A DNA stretch of 64,000 bases from Tubulanus polymorphus (taxonomy: Eukaryota > Animalia > Nemertea), in contig NC_134030.1 of the NCBI RefSeq assembly GCF_964204645.1, forward strand, positions 13,244,957-13,308,956, read 5' to 3'. Made by a program: the position numbers and the translations under genes. The notes under the pieces are model-generated. The model saw only the letters and a list, made by a program, of their open reading frames with translations, ran no database searches and was not told where the DNA came from. Positions 1 to 12,524 of the stretch are shown here, piece after piece. Positions within the stretch are counted from its first letter, which is position 1; the number at the start of each line of letters is the position of its first letter.

Positions 1-754
1 CCAATTTTTATATTTATAAAACATGCATAGATCAATAGCAGTTGTATGTTCATAATGCATACAACTCTATTCACTAGGAAATCCAGAACGGGCATGTTTT
101 ACTAATGGGTTTTTCAATGTATATTTGTTATTGTTTACTAGGAATTCATAAACGGGCAAGTTTTGGCTTTACGATCAGTTAATGTTATTTGCCTTTGTTA
201 CTGGTTCAGTTTATGTCTCGGATTAATAAGAAATATTTTGGAGTTAGTTTTCAAGACAATAGTAATAATCCTAAGGGATTAGTCAAGTGTCAACGTCTAC
301 ATGTTTGGAAACTGAGACAGCTCCGGGCTTGTTTCTTAACCAGGTTGCTAAGAACATTAATTCTTGGGGGCCTGGTGGGCGAATCAGGTCCCGAGGTTAG
401 TCGTCGGCCCTCCCCAAATGCGGTGGCGTTGGTCACATAGTTCATTGGAAACCAAATTTTGGATATTCTAAAAATAAGAGACATAGCTGAACTAGTCGGA
501 GAGCACCTGGGAAACCAAGAGGGGAAGGACCACCGTAAGAAACTAGAAACAGAAATTGTAAAAGGTGTCGATACATAGGAAAGACGAAACTGATATAATA
601 AATAGTTGTGTGTATTTAGAATTCGAAGTATATACATCCTAGTCGTTTATTTATTTTTGGTCTCGGGTCAAATTCAATTTGCGTCGTTGTGCGGAGCTGA
701 GGAAGGATACGCTCTCCCACGATATTTCGGTTCCTTCTTCGGGCCGCATAACAC

Positions 755-840
755 TATAATGCCGAGTACGACGGGGTTTACACACTGAAAAATGTTGGGC
801 TGTGTAAGTGTAATTTGGATAAGTCAGCAATATAATGACG
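755..840. repeat. Dispersed repeat; inverted second copy at about 39070-39154
   Basis: TATAATGCCGAGTACGACGG...GGGCTGTGTAAGTGTAATTTGGATAAGTC matches the reverse complement of the 39070-39154 region. Confidence 0.75.
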
Positions 841-1638
841 TCCCTGCCCCGCGTGCTCCATCTGATACATAAACAAGTTGGACTGTGTTGCTTCAATGCT
901 TTGACAAATGGACTCCTAATATCCACATATCCAGCATAATGTTGACCCAGGTTGCGCTTCCTGGCAATAGTCATATGTTATGGGCTAGAATTATTTCGAT
1001 GAAATCTTCGTACGCTTCCCAGTTCGACATATGAACCAATTAGGCAGAAACCCGTTAGCATTTATTGAGTACAGGTGGCTTAATTCAGTTTCAAAGCTGA
1101 ATCACATCAAAAACATGGTATAAATGCATATACACATAAGTGCCATATGCCAACGGGTAGGCCTACGATTAGTTCATGCAACTCCCAACGGAACTATGAA
1201 AGCGCCAAACAATTAAGGTAAAACAGTACTTTTTACGTGGTAGGGTCATTCTACAGTAACACATGAAAATGACAGTTGCACTTGTTGATTTTTCAAGTTA
1301 AATATTCTCATTAAGTACTTAATAAAATTGAAACTAGTGATGACCAGCATCATTGAAATGATATTTGGCGCAATGTTTTGAATAGCCGGTGCCCACTATG
1401 ACGTCACCAATTAATGACGTCACGATGAAAGGTCATCTGCGTCACGACCTTTTATGTTACTGGTGAAACACTTTAAATTCAGAATCGTGTAACAAATCTT
1501 AAAATTCATCATGTTACACGTAAGTTTAAAAGAAGTGCTATGTAACTGGTGGATTTTGGCCAATGGGCTTGAGTTTCAACAGGTTTTTTAGATGTCTTAC
1601 AAAATAATACATGTTCTGGAGTCCAAAATACAACATTT

Positions 1639-1750
1639 CATATGAATTTGCAAAACGACCAATAATCCATTAAATCCAATTCATCATTCAAAGTCATATG
1701 AATTTGCAAAACGGCCAATAATCCATCAAATCCAATTCATCATTCAAAGT
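1639..1750. repeat. Tandem duplication, 2 x 56 bp
   Basis: CATATGAATTTGCAAAACG...CATCATTCAAAGT begins at 1639 and again at 1695. Confidence 0.85.
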
Positions 1751-3386
1751 CTTTTCATTAGCACATATTTCGACTAACCACCGTGAATGGTTGTTGTACT
1801 TTTATTGCAACAATTATTTTTATGAAAACATCGATAGTGACGCAGATGATTTGATGTGACGTAAATGATCAGTTCGTGACGTAGATGACTGAATATTCAA
1901 CTTCAGATTGTTTGCCGAATCCCTGACTCAAGATAAACTAGAGAAAAAGCATCATTTAACAGTAAAAACGAGTTTTAATCTATGATAACACAATACAACA
2001 CATTTTAAGAGAATGTTTAGAAACTGACGACAATATATAATACATCCCTTGAAATTCCAGGACTCGAAACACACCGGGCATCCTCACATGACAGCCCCTG
2101 CTAGCTTCATTCAACACAAATGCTGGATGCAGTCAAACCCTTGTAAGAAAACAATGGTCGAGTATAATTACTGGGCAGTAGAAAAACATGAAAACTAACC
2201 TTATTGACGCTTTGAAAAAGAATAACCCGATATTATCAAAATAAAGATCAATAAAGTTATTTTGAATTTGAGATATATCGAGCTGCAACACCAGTTATAT
2301 TAGACTGGTTGCCTGTCCCATTCAATATGGGACAGGTTTTGCCCGTCCGCCATCTTCCGCGGATTTTACGGATCCAATCAGATTTCAGTATTTCATCACG
2401 TGAACAATGTAACATGACCGCCTACACTGTGTCTCGATTTACGTTCCATGGACCTCTTTAAAGTCATTTTTTATACCAATGAAGAAAGAAATTCCATTAA
2501 AACTGCCAGGTAACGCTTCTGCAGGCACTTGTGTAGCGTGTGGTACCGAAAATATCGGTATTCAATTCAGGATGGCTGCGTGACAGCGCCGTCAAAACCT
2601 ACCGGTCGTCAATCGGCAATTTGGACTGGTGGATGGAAACAACAATACATACAATACTACTATACCACTACTGACATACTGAACTTTGCAGCTGAGGCTA
2701 CTTGTTTGTTCACTCGAGGCGATTGTTTGATTGTTCTTAATGTGACATTGGACATCAGCAGTTGATCCAGTGAAAATAATGACATCGACAAGGTACCTTC
2801 ACCTACTTACTTACTTCGTATAAATGTGAACATTGAACATGAGTGCTATTTCACAAACACTATATTGATTATCCATTGCAGATTATTCTGAGTGTTTTAG
2901 TGATGATTTTGTGAGTCACAACTCATAGGATGTTTTATGAAATTGAAATAATGCGTATCAAATTAGCTCAACATGAAAAGAATAGATTGCAATGCATCAA
3001 GGTAAGTTTGAAAAATGGATTCTGAACCATTAATTGTAAAGCCAATCCAGGTTTAATTGTAAGTGTGATATGTATTTTAATTTCAGAATGATAACATCAT
3101 GCAGCAATCAAAGAGAATAAAGAATCAGCAATAGCTGTCATGAAATGAGATTCCAAATAACAGGCGGTGAAACTCCTTGATTCTGAATAACTCATCATCA
3201 TCATCATCATTATCAGTTACATCAGCAAGCACCGCTACGCCAAGATGTTGTGTACTTTATTTCTCCACTGCTCACGATCTGATAAACTGATGAGGTTTAA
3301 AGCGCTGGATTCTGTGAATAACTGCACTAGCGAGCCTTCAATTTGAATTGTGATTGGATTATCTGTCTGGATGATACATGGACCCC

Positions 3387-3670
3387 TGTGAAGCTGGCTC
3401 CCGGTTCCCGGTTCCTTATTCGGCTCCCGATTCAAAATGCTTTTGAATCGGGAGCCGAGTCGGGAACCGGGAACCGGGAGCCGGCTACTGGTTCAGCTCC
3501 CGATTTAAAATGCTTTTGAACCGGGAGCCGAATCGGGAACCGGGAACCGGGAGCCGGTTACTGGTTCAGCTCCCGATTCAAAATGCTTTTGACCCGGGAG
3601 CCGAATCGGGAACCGGGAACCTGGAGCCGGCTACTGGTTCAGCTCCCGATTCAAAATGTGAAGCTGGCTA
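3387..3670. repeat. GC-rich minisatellite (about 70-bp unit of GGGAACC/GGGAGCC heptamers plus TTCAAAATGCTTTTGAA palindrome)
   Basis: Repeated CCCGATTCAAAATGCTTTTGAA.CGGGAGCCGAATCGGGAACCGGGAACC; bounded on both sides by TGTGAAGCTGGCT. Confidence 0.85.
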
Positions 3671-4256
3671 CTTATTCGCCAGGTGGCGCTGGTGTACACT
3701 GTGCTGTAGTCCAGACATTTTACGTAACTATGTCTACTCTGCTGATAAACAAACTCGACCTCGACCTTGACAAGAAATCGCCAGGTGTGGCGCGAGCCAA
3801 TCCAGACGTCTAAACACGATTGCGTATGCGACCGCGAGACTCGCGGTCGCTATACGTCAGTAAGCTGCGTCTATTAATAACATAACTTGGTTTAAGAACG
3901 TGTGTATTGCTCGGTCGTTTTTCTCGTCACCGAATCGACTTCTTCATATGTTATTCGCCTCTTTAATCATTTAATCAATAAACCATCGATTGTTCCCGAG
4001 CTATAGGGTATTGATTAGTCAGCACTGAAAGGGTTAACAAGAGAGAAAGTTTCTAACGAAAGTTAACGAATCCCCAAGACAACACTATCTGCAAGCCCAT
4101 GAAATTGTAAGATATAAAATAAACAGACGCTTTCTGCCTACCGTATAAATCACCCTTCATGCAGGGTAAATCCATTGTCGAAGATGAAAAAACAATCACT
4201 TCAATATTCTATTAAACTTAATATTTTCCTATCTATTAAATTCCATAGAAAAAAGA

Positions 4257-4441
4257 CCGGGAACCGGGAGCCGGAACCGATTCGGCTCCCGATTCAAAAT
4301 CATTTTGAATCGGGAGCCGAATCGGGAACCGGTAGCCGGCTCCCGGTTCCCGGTTCCCGGTTCAAAACCATTTTGAATCGGGAGCCGAACCGGGAACCGG
4401 GAACCGGTAGCCGGCTCCCGATTCAAAATGTGAAGCTGGTT
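4257..4441. repeat. Second array of the same GGGAACC/GGGAGCC minisatellite family
   Basis: Same units as 3387-3670 and the same CCCGATTCAAAATGTGAAGCTGG end. Confidence 0.85.
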
Positions 4442-5164
4442 ACTTATTCGATTCGACTCTATTGCGGACAGGTAAATGTTATGATTGCGTAACTATGGTG
4501 TCTGCTCTCAAGTGCTAACCGCAACCTTGACCACCAGTCGAGACGAGGCCAATCGAGACGTCTAAACACATCGCGCAACCAGGTGTGCTGACCGCGAGCG
4601 TTGCCCGGAGCGTTGACCTGCATTTTGACTCGGCAACTCATAATATCTTCTTTCATTCATTGAAGGTTTTGTGAAATAAGCGAAATCCTCGGAAATTTCT
4701 TTCCTTTTAAAAACTGCCAGCTGCTGCTACTACGTCATCATTCCGATATGTATGAAGCTACGAGATAGATTGTACGCGTGACTTGTGATATGTAGTTTTT
4801 CTTACAGCCAAATGGGTTAATGCCCTGGGCCCGGTTTAGGTGATAATTCGAATTGAAAGTGCTTTATTCTAGTTAGTGAATTCGATGATTAAATCTATTT
4901 CACAAACGCTAATTAGGGAAGAATTTACTAATTAGAAGTATCTACAAATAGAAGTCTAATACCTGGACACAACAAATCACCAGGTGATAGCACGAGCCAA
5001 TTCAGACGTCTAAACACGATTGCGTAAACATGTCTGCTGATAAGAGCTATAGTTAACGTCTACCTCATCCACCGTAACAAAGTGGAAGCCAATGGAGACG
5101 TCTTAACAAACACCACGTGCGTGCCGATGTCTGCAACTCTAGTAAATATTTGATCAGAACAGAA

Positions 5165-6163
5165 TTAGAAAAGAATGGATTTATTTTCACCATTTCACCC
5201 AACATTTGAATGCTTGAAGAAGGATAAAATTATTTAAAATTACATGTTCAACTGAATGAATTTTTTTTTTTAATACCTGTTTATTTGTTTAATTTGTTTG
5301 CAACGGAAAATTTTCAGTCTTTTGGCAATAATGAAAATGTCTGCTGATTGTGGTTTAACACGAAACATTTGGACACATCAATTTATGACTAACCAATTAA
5401 TGACAAACATTTAAAGGATTAAAACATAATTTCCGTGACCAGTTTAAGAAAATATGTCTGTCAATGATTCTTATGCCCCGCTCGAAATATTTTATTTGGT
5501 GAATCCCATTGTGTGTTCCTTGAGGTACCCCATAAAAAGTACGTATTGCAATATCGCTTTGAAATCCTTAATGCTTTGATATTTTGGAAAAACCTTTCAA
5601 ACCTTCACGGCCGTTAGGCTAAATCTAAATTTCAGTTTATAGCGTAATATTTTCGTCAGTGTGCAATGGCAATCGTTTGAATGGCGAATAAATTCGTATT
5701 CAATTCAACTCTAACGCGTTTGCATAACTATGTCAGATGCTGGCGAGCGGTTACCTCGACCTTGGCCACCAGATAAGGCGAGCTGTCAATCAACACCACG
5801 TCTTGCCGAGGTCAGTGGTTTCAAAGTTGCTATGCGCAAGTATACGGTATTCCCCAGTCCATACGTCTTTTCGTATGTCTGGTGATCGAGCGGCAGATAA
5901 CACTGCTCAATCAGATGGTCTAGACTGTGGCTTCTCTAATATCTGGACACATCCAATCTTAAAAAACCACAATCAGCAAACATTTTCATTATTGCCAAAG
6001 TTGCCAAGGACTGAAAATTTTCCGTTGCAAACAAATTAAACAAATTAACAGATATTCATTGAAAAAATTCATTCAGTTGAACATGTAATTGTAAATAATG
6101 TTATCCTCCCTCAAGCATTGAAATGTTGGGTGAAATGGTGAAATTAAATCCATTCTTTTCTAA
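5165..6163. mobile_element. Fold-back/MITE-like element with about 190-bp inverted arms
   Basis: 5165-5357 (TTAGAAAAGAATGGATTT...GCTGATTGTGGTTT) is the imperfect reverse complement of about 5964-6163; no TSD identified. Confidence 0.6.
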
Positions 6164-7629
6164 CACATCAATGTATTCAGTTATCGCGACTCACAGGATG
6201 ATTTGACCGATCGGATGGATTTTATTTGTCAGTTTGCTAATCGACCTAAGTGACACCGCTTGCCCGGTCGTAAGAAACCAGGTGTCCTTTTATTTAAGCA
6301 TATCAATCGGATTGCCCCGTGCTTTATTTAAATATTGTGAATCTAGTTTTCAAAATGATAGGGGCCTATTAGTTTTCTCTGCATGTCTGCCGAATATTTG
6401 TAAACGAAATTTGGCCAGCACATACCATGGAAATAGTTATCAATAGAATAATAGAAATGATGTTTTTTTCTCTGAAGAACCATGTTGGTGCCGGGACATT
6501 TCCTCACAGAGGGAGATATCTTCAGCGAAATGGCTGATGATGTGTTTATATTTCAGTTTGTTATGATTTTATATGTTATACTTAATCCAATGCCTAATTC
6601 TAATAATTATTCATATTTTGGCCAGGGTTATTAAGTACCAAATCTGAATTGTCACATCTACATGAACACCCATCAAATAACTGTGATGTGTCCCCCCCCA
6701 AAAAAAAAACTCCAACCAAGATTACGCTGGTTGAGTGCATAGAAACCACAGGGTTCCAGGTGTGTAATGATGAGAAGCTGTAAATGTAGCGTGACCAGAG
6801 CGCTTCTGTTAAACATCAATCTACAAGCGCGTAGATGAACTGAGAATACTGCCTCCCGAGCGCAAACAAATTAATTGATTGTTCCCAGTCATAAAATGCT
6901 TTTAGTGCACGAGCAATGCAACCCCCAGTGATAGGAGAATGAATGCAACGTAAGTCACTCAAGCCGCCTGTATCCGCCATGGCACTTTTTTCGTATGCTG
7001 CGTAAAATGGTTATAGTGGGATTCGAACCCAATAGCTTGTGATAAACTAGACACCTAAGTAATCGAAATACCGAACAGAAATCAACATCCTCCTATTTCA
7101 ATTTCCGGAATATTTCAGAGCAAAAGGTTGAAAGCCTGTTTTGGTCGATGGCGAGTGACGTCACTAGTACAAATTCCGAGCGGTTCGAATCCCACAATAC
7201 GCCAAAATCACTACGGCCGCTCTGAGCGCACATCGCATTTCAACGTTGCCGTTTAATAATTGTAAAATAACTAATAATAGTTTAAGGTAAGAATCTTACT
7301 TTCTTACTCGTACGTCTAGTACATAGATATATAATTTAGTTTTCATAAAAATTAAAAACATAAAATTATTAATCTAAGTATAGAAATAGTTATAATATAA
7401 TCTATTTTTATTTTTATTAAGAGAAAACATATAATTTATTCATTTTTATAATTTGAATTTAGAATAATTATTATAAAACTAATTTATATATCTATATACT
7501 AGACGTACGTAAGAATTCTTACCAAGATTCTTACTTTCTTACTTTCTTGGCAAGAATCTTACTTTCTTACTCGTACGTCTAGTACATAGATATATAATTT
7601 AGTTTCTATAATATTCCAAATTATAAATT

Positions 7630-8241
7630 TTATTTTATAAATTTATATTCATAGGGAAATTGTAGTCTCAGTAATAATTTTGAACCTTTATTATTCTTTA
7701 ATTTATTCATATATTCATCATGTAATTCAGTAGGTATAATTTGATTTTCTTCCAATGATTGTTGCATAGATTTTCTATCTATGTTATAAAATAAAATTAG
7801 AAATCTAATGTTTTCTCTAAAGTCTTTAACAATTGAATTATATTTTTGATTTAAAACCCAAGTTGTTATCCCGAAATGTCTTCCAGAGAAAGCTAAATAA
7901 CATAACTCACTTTCTCTAACTTTTGAATCATGTAAATTTGTGCAATCATCTATAATGAATAATGTATTTGATCCTTTATAAGTATCAATTGCTATTTTTA
8001 TACAATTATCTAAATTTTCTTTTACTGTTTTAGGATCTAATATAATAAACTTTTTCATCTTAACTATATCTCTATTATATGTTTTATTCGTTTCATAAGT
8101 AGGACAGAATAATATTATATTATCAAAATGATTCTTATAAATAGTTTCTAACAAGTCTAATATGAAATGTGTTTTACCACAATTAGTTACTCCAGTAACT
8201 AACATATTATGCGGTTCAAATATAAATAAATCTTTATTCAT
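7630..8241 (-). CDS. A32/FtsK-like DNA packaging ATPase (intact, 203 aa)
   Basis: Walker A GVTNCGKT, Walker B FIIDD, and GRHFGI..VLNQKY motif typical of Polinton/NCLDV packaging ATPases. Confidence 0.9.
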   Translation of the reverse strand: MNKDLFIFEPHNMLVTGVTNCGKTHFILDLLETIYKNHFDNIILFCPTYETNKTYNRDIVKMKKFIILDPKTVKENLDNCIKIAIDTYKGSNTLFIIDDCTNLHDSKVRESELCYLAFSGRHFGITTWVLNQKYNSIVKDFRENIRFLILFYNIDRKSMQQSLEENQIIPTELHDEYMNKLKNNKGSKLLLRLQFPYEYKFIK

Positions 8242-8304
8242 TTATTCTTTTAATTTTACTAGATAAAATCCATTCATTAAATTTATCATCATATCCTTTA
8301 TATT

Positions 8305-9123
8305 TCACCAAAGAATACTTTTTCCTTTAAGAGTTTTTGTTTTCAATACTTTTTCTATTTTGTATTCTATTTCATCTGGATTTGGTACAAGTGATAATTC
8401 TTGTTCATAGAAATAACCTAATATTTCTTCATCTTTTAGATCTTCTAATTTATAAACAAATGGTTTAGTTAATATTATCTTTTTAATTTTAAATATTTCT
8501 TCAGTAAAATTTGGAGTATAACCTTTATAAAAGGTTTTTCTATATTTAGATATTCTTACGTGTTGTCCAATTTTGAATCTAGGTTCACCGAAATCATGTG
8601 TAACAAACATTGACGAATTATCTTCTTTTCTAGCTTGTATAGGTTTCATATTTATAGAACTATGTTTAGAATTATTATAACCTTTCACTAAATCATCTAA
8701 CACATCGATATATTTATATGTTTCATTAGCAGTAAAATATTTCCACATTCTAGTTTTCAATGTTTTATTAAATCTTTCTATAATAGATGCTTTTTTATCT
8801 GAGTGTGTTGAAAAATATTTTACATCGTTATCAGATAATAGTTTTGTAAAATGTTTGTTATAAAATTCCTTACCTTCATCAAATTGTATCTTATCTGGAA
8901 TAGCTTCTTTAAATATAGATTTAAAAGCATTTGTAACTTCTATTCCAGTTTTATTTTTGATTGGAATTGACCATGCGTATCGACTGAATATGTCTATAAC
9001 ATTCAGTATCCAGAAATATCCTTTGTTGTATTCTTCTAAGTTCTTCATGTCAATTAAATCTGCTTGCCATTGTTGATCGATATATGAAACCATAACTTTT
9101 CTTGTTAAATAAGTTTTATCCAT
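8305..9123 (-). pseudogene. Retroviral-like (rve) integrase; C-terminal chromodomain frameshifted
   Basis: WQADLIDM, QFDEGKEF and IIERFNKTLK provide the D-D-E triad; tail EYKIEKVLKTK shifts frame into LVKYKGYDDKFNEW. Confidence 0.9.
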
Positions 9124-9348
9124 TTTCTTGTGGATTTGATATGTTGGCTGATTTTGTAACCATGATTTTAATTCACTATATTTTATACCACCATTTTCTT
9201 TATCAGATTTAATTTTATCCCATAATTCTGAAACGTTAGAATATGATACTTCATTTCTGGGTTATAATATAAAGTAGTACATGGTGGTTGTAGTACATCT
9301 GTTTCGTTCTTACCTGGTTTATATTCCATAGGCTTGATATTCGAAAAT

Positions 9349-9897
9349 TTAGTTGTCCATCGGGAATAACGGATGGAACAACGAATATTCAGACGAACTT
9401 TGTAAGTACATACTTCAGCAAAGCCGATCAAGAACTTAGTTCATCAGTTGAGAAGTTCTGGGAAATAGAGAACTTTGGGTCCACAAAAGAAATGCTAAGT
9501 CAAGAAGATCGACAGGCGCTCAAGGCAGTGGAAGAGTCGCTGACATACCAAGAAGGGCGTTACGAAGTAGCAGTACCGTGGAAGGGTGAAGCAAGAAAAA
9601 TCGAAGACAATTACCAGGTTGCACTCAAACGTCTCGAGAACACAGAAAGTCGGTTGAGAAGAAATCCAGAAATAGCAGAGGCGTATAAAACGACGATCCA
9701 GAAATACATAGAGAAGAAATATATAGAAAAGATACCTAAAAGAGAAGACACCAGCAGAGGTCATTGGTATTTACCACATTTTCCAGTGATTCGTCCAGAT
9801 AGGTCAACGACAAAAACAAGAATAGTTTTTGATGCTTCAGCGAAGTTTGCAGGCACATCACTCAATGATACGATCTATCAAGGGCCGAAGCTACAGC
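9349..9897 (+). mobile_element. Bel/Pao LTR retrotransposon pol fragment, 5' part (RT N-terminal region)
   Basis: EKFWEIE, GRYEVAVPWK, WYLPHFPVIR..KTRIVFDASAK..SLNDTIYQGPKLQ are Bel/Pao RT motifs. Confidence 0.9.
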
Positions 9898-10777
9898 AGT
9901 AATAGGGGTAATGGGCTTTCAGGCCAAAGGTCGAAGGGTCGAGCTCATTAAAAAACAAAACATTAAAAGTAATTTAAAACTATAATATATTTTCATAACC
10001 GTGTGCATTTTATATTATAACTAAATATTTATTCTAAGATATCAATAATTTAAATTTAAAAAGCATATTGTATTCATTGGTCGCTCCACTTCGCTACCGC
10101 TCCGCTCCGCGACCAATTGATTTATTTACAATACACAAATTCATATAATCAAATATATTTTAATAATAATAATTATTCTATTATTCAACTGAAATACACA
10201 CGGTTATGAAAATATATTATAGTTTTAAATTACTTTTAATATTTGTTTTTAATGAACTCGACCATTCAACCTTTAACCTGAAAGCCCATTACCCCTATTA
10301 CTCTTAAAATAATCATATACATGAATAACATTTAAATTGATAGATTATTCAATATAAAAGTATATATTTACAACATTATTTCAATATTCATATTTGTGTG
10401 AGTTAGATTTTTAAACATTAAAAGTGTTAGTAAAGTGTGATTGAAATAATTCATATATAAATCATTGAACTTCTAAAATCAATTTTAATAAAAAATGTAG
10501 TATTAAAATGGAAGCAAATAAGTACTACTGCCCAACATGTAATATCAATATAGATAAATCCCAAAAAGCAAGACACAATAAAACTAAAACACATTTAGAG
10601 AATAAATTGAAACTAGAATATGAAGATGATATATTAGAAACTAAATTAGATGAATTAAAGAATGAAAAAGAAACATACAAATGTGATACATGTAATCAAC
10701 CATTCAGTGATAAAAGATATTATAAAGAACATTTAAAATCTAAAAGTCATATTAGAAATAAGAATAATGATATTTTA
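9898..10777 (+). repeat. Left TIR (terminal hairpin 9898-10302, promoter, about 90 codons of zinc-finger ORF)
   Basis: Reverse complement of 26739-27447, except for the hairpin interior and small indels. Confidence 0.9.
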
Positions 10778-10801
10778 AGGAATGAAAAAAGAAGACGTTA
10801 G
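10508..10801 (+). CDS. TIR-encoded two-finger C2H2-like protein, nearly identical to the PolB N-terminus
   Basis: CPTC..RHNKTKTH and CDTC..EHLKSKSH; matches the first about 90 aa of ORF 25710..27008. Confidence 0.75.
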   Translation: MEANKYYCPTCNINIDKSQKARHNKTKTHLENKLKLEYEDDILETKLDELKNEKETYKCDTCNQPFSDKRYYKEHLKSKSHIRNKNNDILRNEKRRR

Positions 10802-10862
10802 TCGAAGAAATGGAAGAGGATTCTAAAATGTTAATCAATTTTAATAAAAATATATATTATAA

Positions 10863-11665
10863 ATGGAGGAACAATCACAAGCTATAAATATAAACAATAA
10901 TGGTGTAATAAATATATGCTATAAGAAATGTAATAAGTGTGAATTGAATAAATCATTAACAGAATTTAATAAACATAAAAAAACTAAAGATGGTAAAAGT
11001 TGTTATTGCAAAACTTGTAATAAACTATATAATAAACAATATCAAGGAAATAATCCAGAAAAATGTAAAGAAAAAGATAAACAATGGAGAGAAAATAATC
11101 CAGAAAAGTGGAAAGTTTATAATAAACAATGGAGAGAAAATCACCAGAATATATGAGAGAATGGAGAGAAAATCACCCAGAATATATGAGAGAATGGAGG
11201 GAAAATAATAGAGAGAATATTAACAATTATCAAAATGAAAAATATCAAACAGATCTAAATTTTAAAATGAAAAAATGTTTGATAAATAGATTAACACAAT
11301 TATTCAGTAAAGACAGTCACTCATACACACTATCTAATTTACTAGATTGTTCGGATGAATTCTTCAAATCATGGATAATATTTCAATTCGATGATAAAAT
11401 GAATATAAATAATTATGGTAATTATTTTCATATTGATCATGTGTTGCCTATTTCTAAATTTGATATGAATGATGAATATGATAAAAAGTTAATTTGGAAT
11501 TGGAAGAATTTAAGACCTCTTGAAAAGAAAGAAAATGAAATAAAATTTAATAAACTAGATTTACAGTTATATTTCAATCAATTGGATAAAGCAAAGAAAT
11601 TCATTGAATTATGGAATAATGATCAAAATAATGAACAATACGTTGAGTCTTTAATGAGTGGTTGA
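10863..11665 (+). pseudogene. HNH-type endonuclease with N-terminal CxxC..CxxC zinc ribbon and WREN repeats; one frameshift near 11140-11156
   Basis: CNKC..CKTC, repeated WREN(N/H)PE, and HIDHVLP..WKNLRPLEKKEN; the 61271 copy has both halves in one frame. Confidence 0.75.
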
Positions 11666-11911
11666 AGAATAATAGAATTTAAATGAAATATAATAAAAAA
11701 ACAATAACTTCAACTAGCTAGTATTTCTATTTTAATTTTTAATATTTTCTTTTCAAAAAAGAATACTTTATATCACAAATAAAAAATACTAAAAAAACAA
11801 TAACTAATACTAGAATTCTTTAACTTTAACTATCTAGTATTAATCTAAAGAGATACTGGTATCATTTTATAATACTTATAATATTTTTCTTATTAAATTT
11901 CTCTAATATAA

Positions 11912-12521
11912 ATGTCAAAGAAATCGAGTAAGAAAAGTATTGATATTGAAAAGACATTAGATGATCTGGGTATAAGTGATTATAAAGATATAGTTGTAAC
12001 TAATTGTGCTCAAGTTAATTGTAATATAGATTATGAATACTATTTATATTGTAAGCATCATCTAGAACTATTGATTGCCGGTGGAAAAACTAAGGAGTTT
12101 TTAAATAGAATTATTACTTTTCAAGAATTAGATGCTATGAAACTAGATAAAGTAATAAAATATTTTAAGATTTATGAAGAAGCAAGATTAGCTAGAATGA
12201 ATGATTCTATTTCAGATGGTATTGTCAAATGTTATTCTAAGTTATGTAACCAGTTAATACCAATTGATGATGAAAATAAATTATTTTTTTAAATTACTAG
12301 TGATTTGAAAAATGACTACTTAGTTATGACTGAATTACAAAAATAGGTTGGTTATGCTTCATTTCAATTAGGATCGGTTATGACATTAATTTCTACTGGC
12401 GTCATTACATTTTCGAACATCAAGCCTATGGAATATAAATCAGGTAAGAACGAAACAGATGACGCTGTACTACAACCAAACTTCGAAACAGAAAATGAAT
12501 CAGAACAAAAAATAACTAAAA
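11912..12521 (+). pseudogene. Uncharacterised Maverick protein with hydrophobic C-terminus, disrupted after 12292
   Basis: 126-aa ORF from TAAATG; coding-like continuation DLKNDYLVMTELQK*VGYASFQLGSVMTLISTGVITF. Confidence 0.55.
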
Positions 12522-12524
12522 TAA

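Larger units (their letters stand above)
7287..9348 (-). mobile_element. Maverick/Polinton fragment A (internal palindromes, ATPase, integrase), inverted relative to the complete element
   Basis: Near-identical reverse complement of about 12405-14945, with an internal deletion removing the 12525-12893 gene. Confidence 0.9.

Noticed and set aside
3235-4492. ORFs with REPNREPGTGS repeats
   Set aside because: Translations of a minisatellite that is open in several frames on both strands
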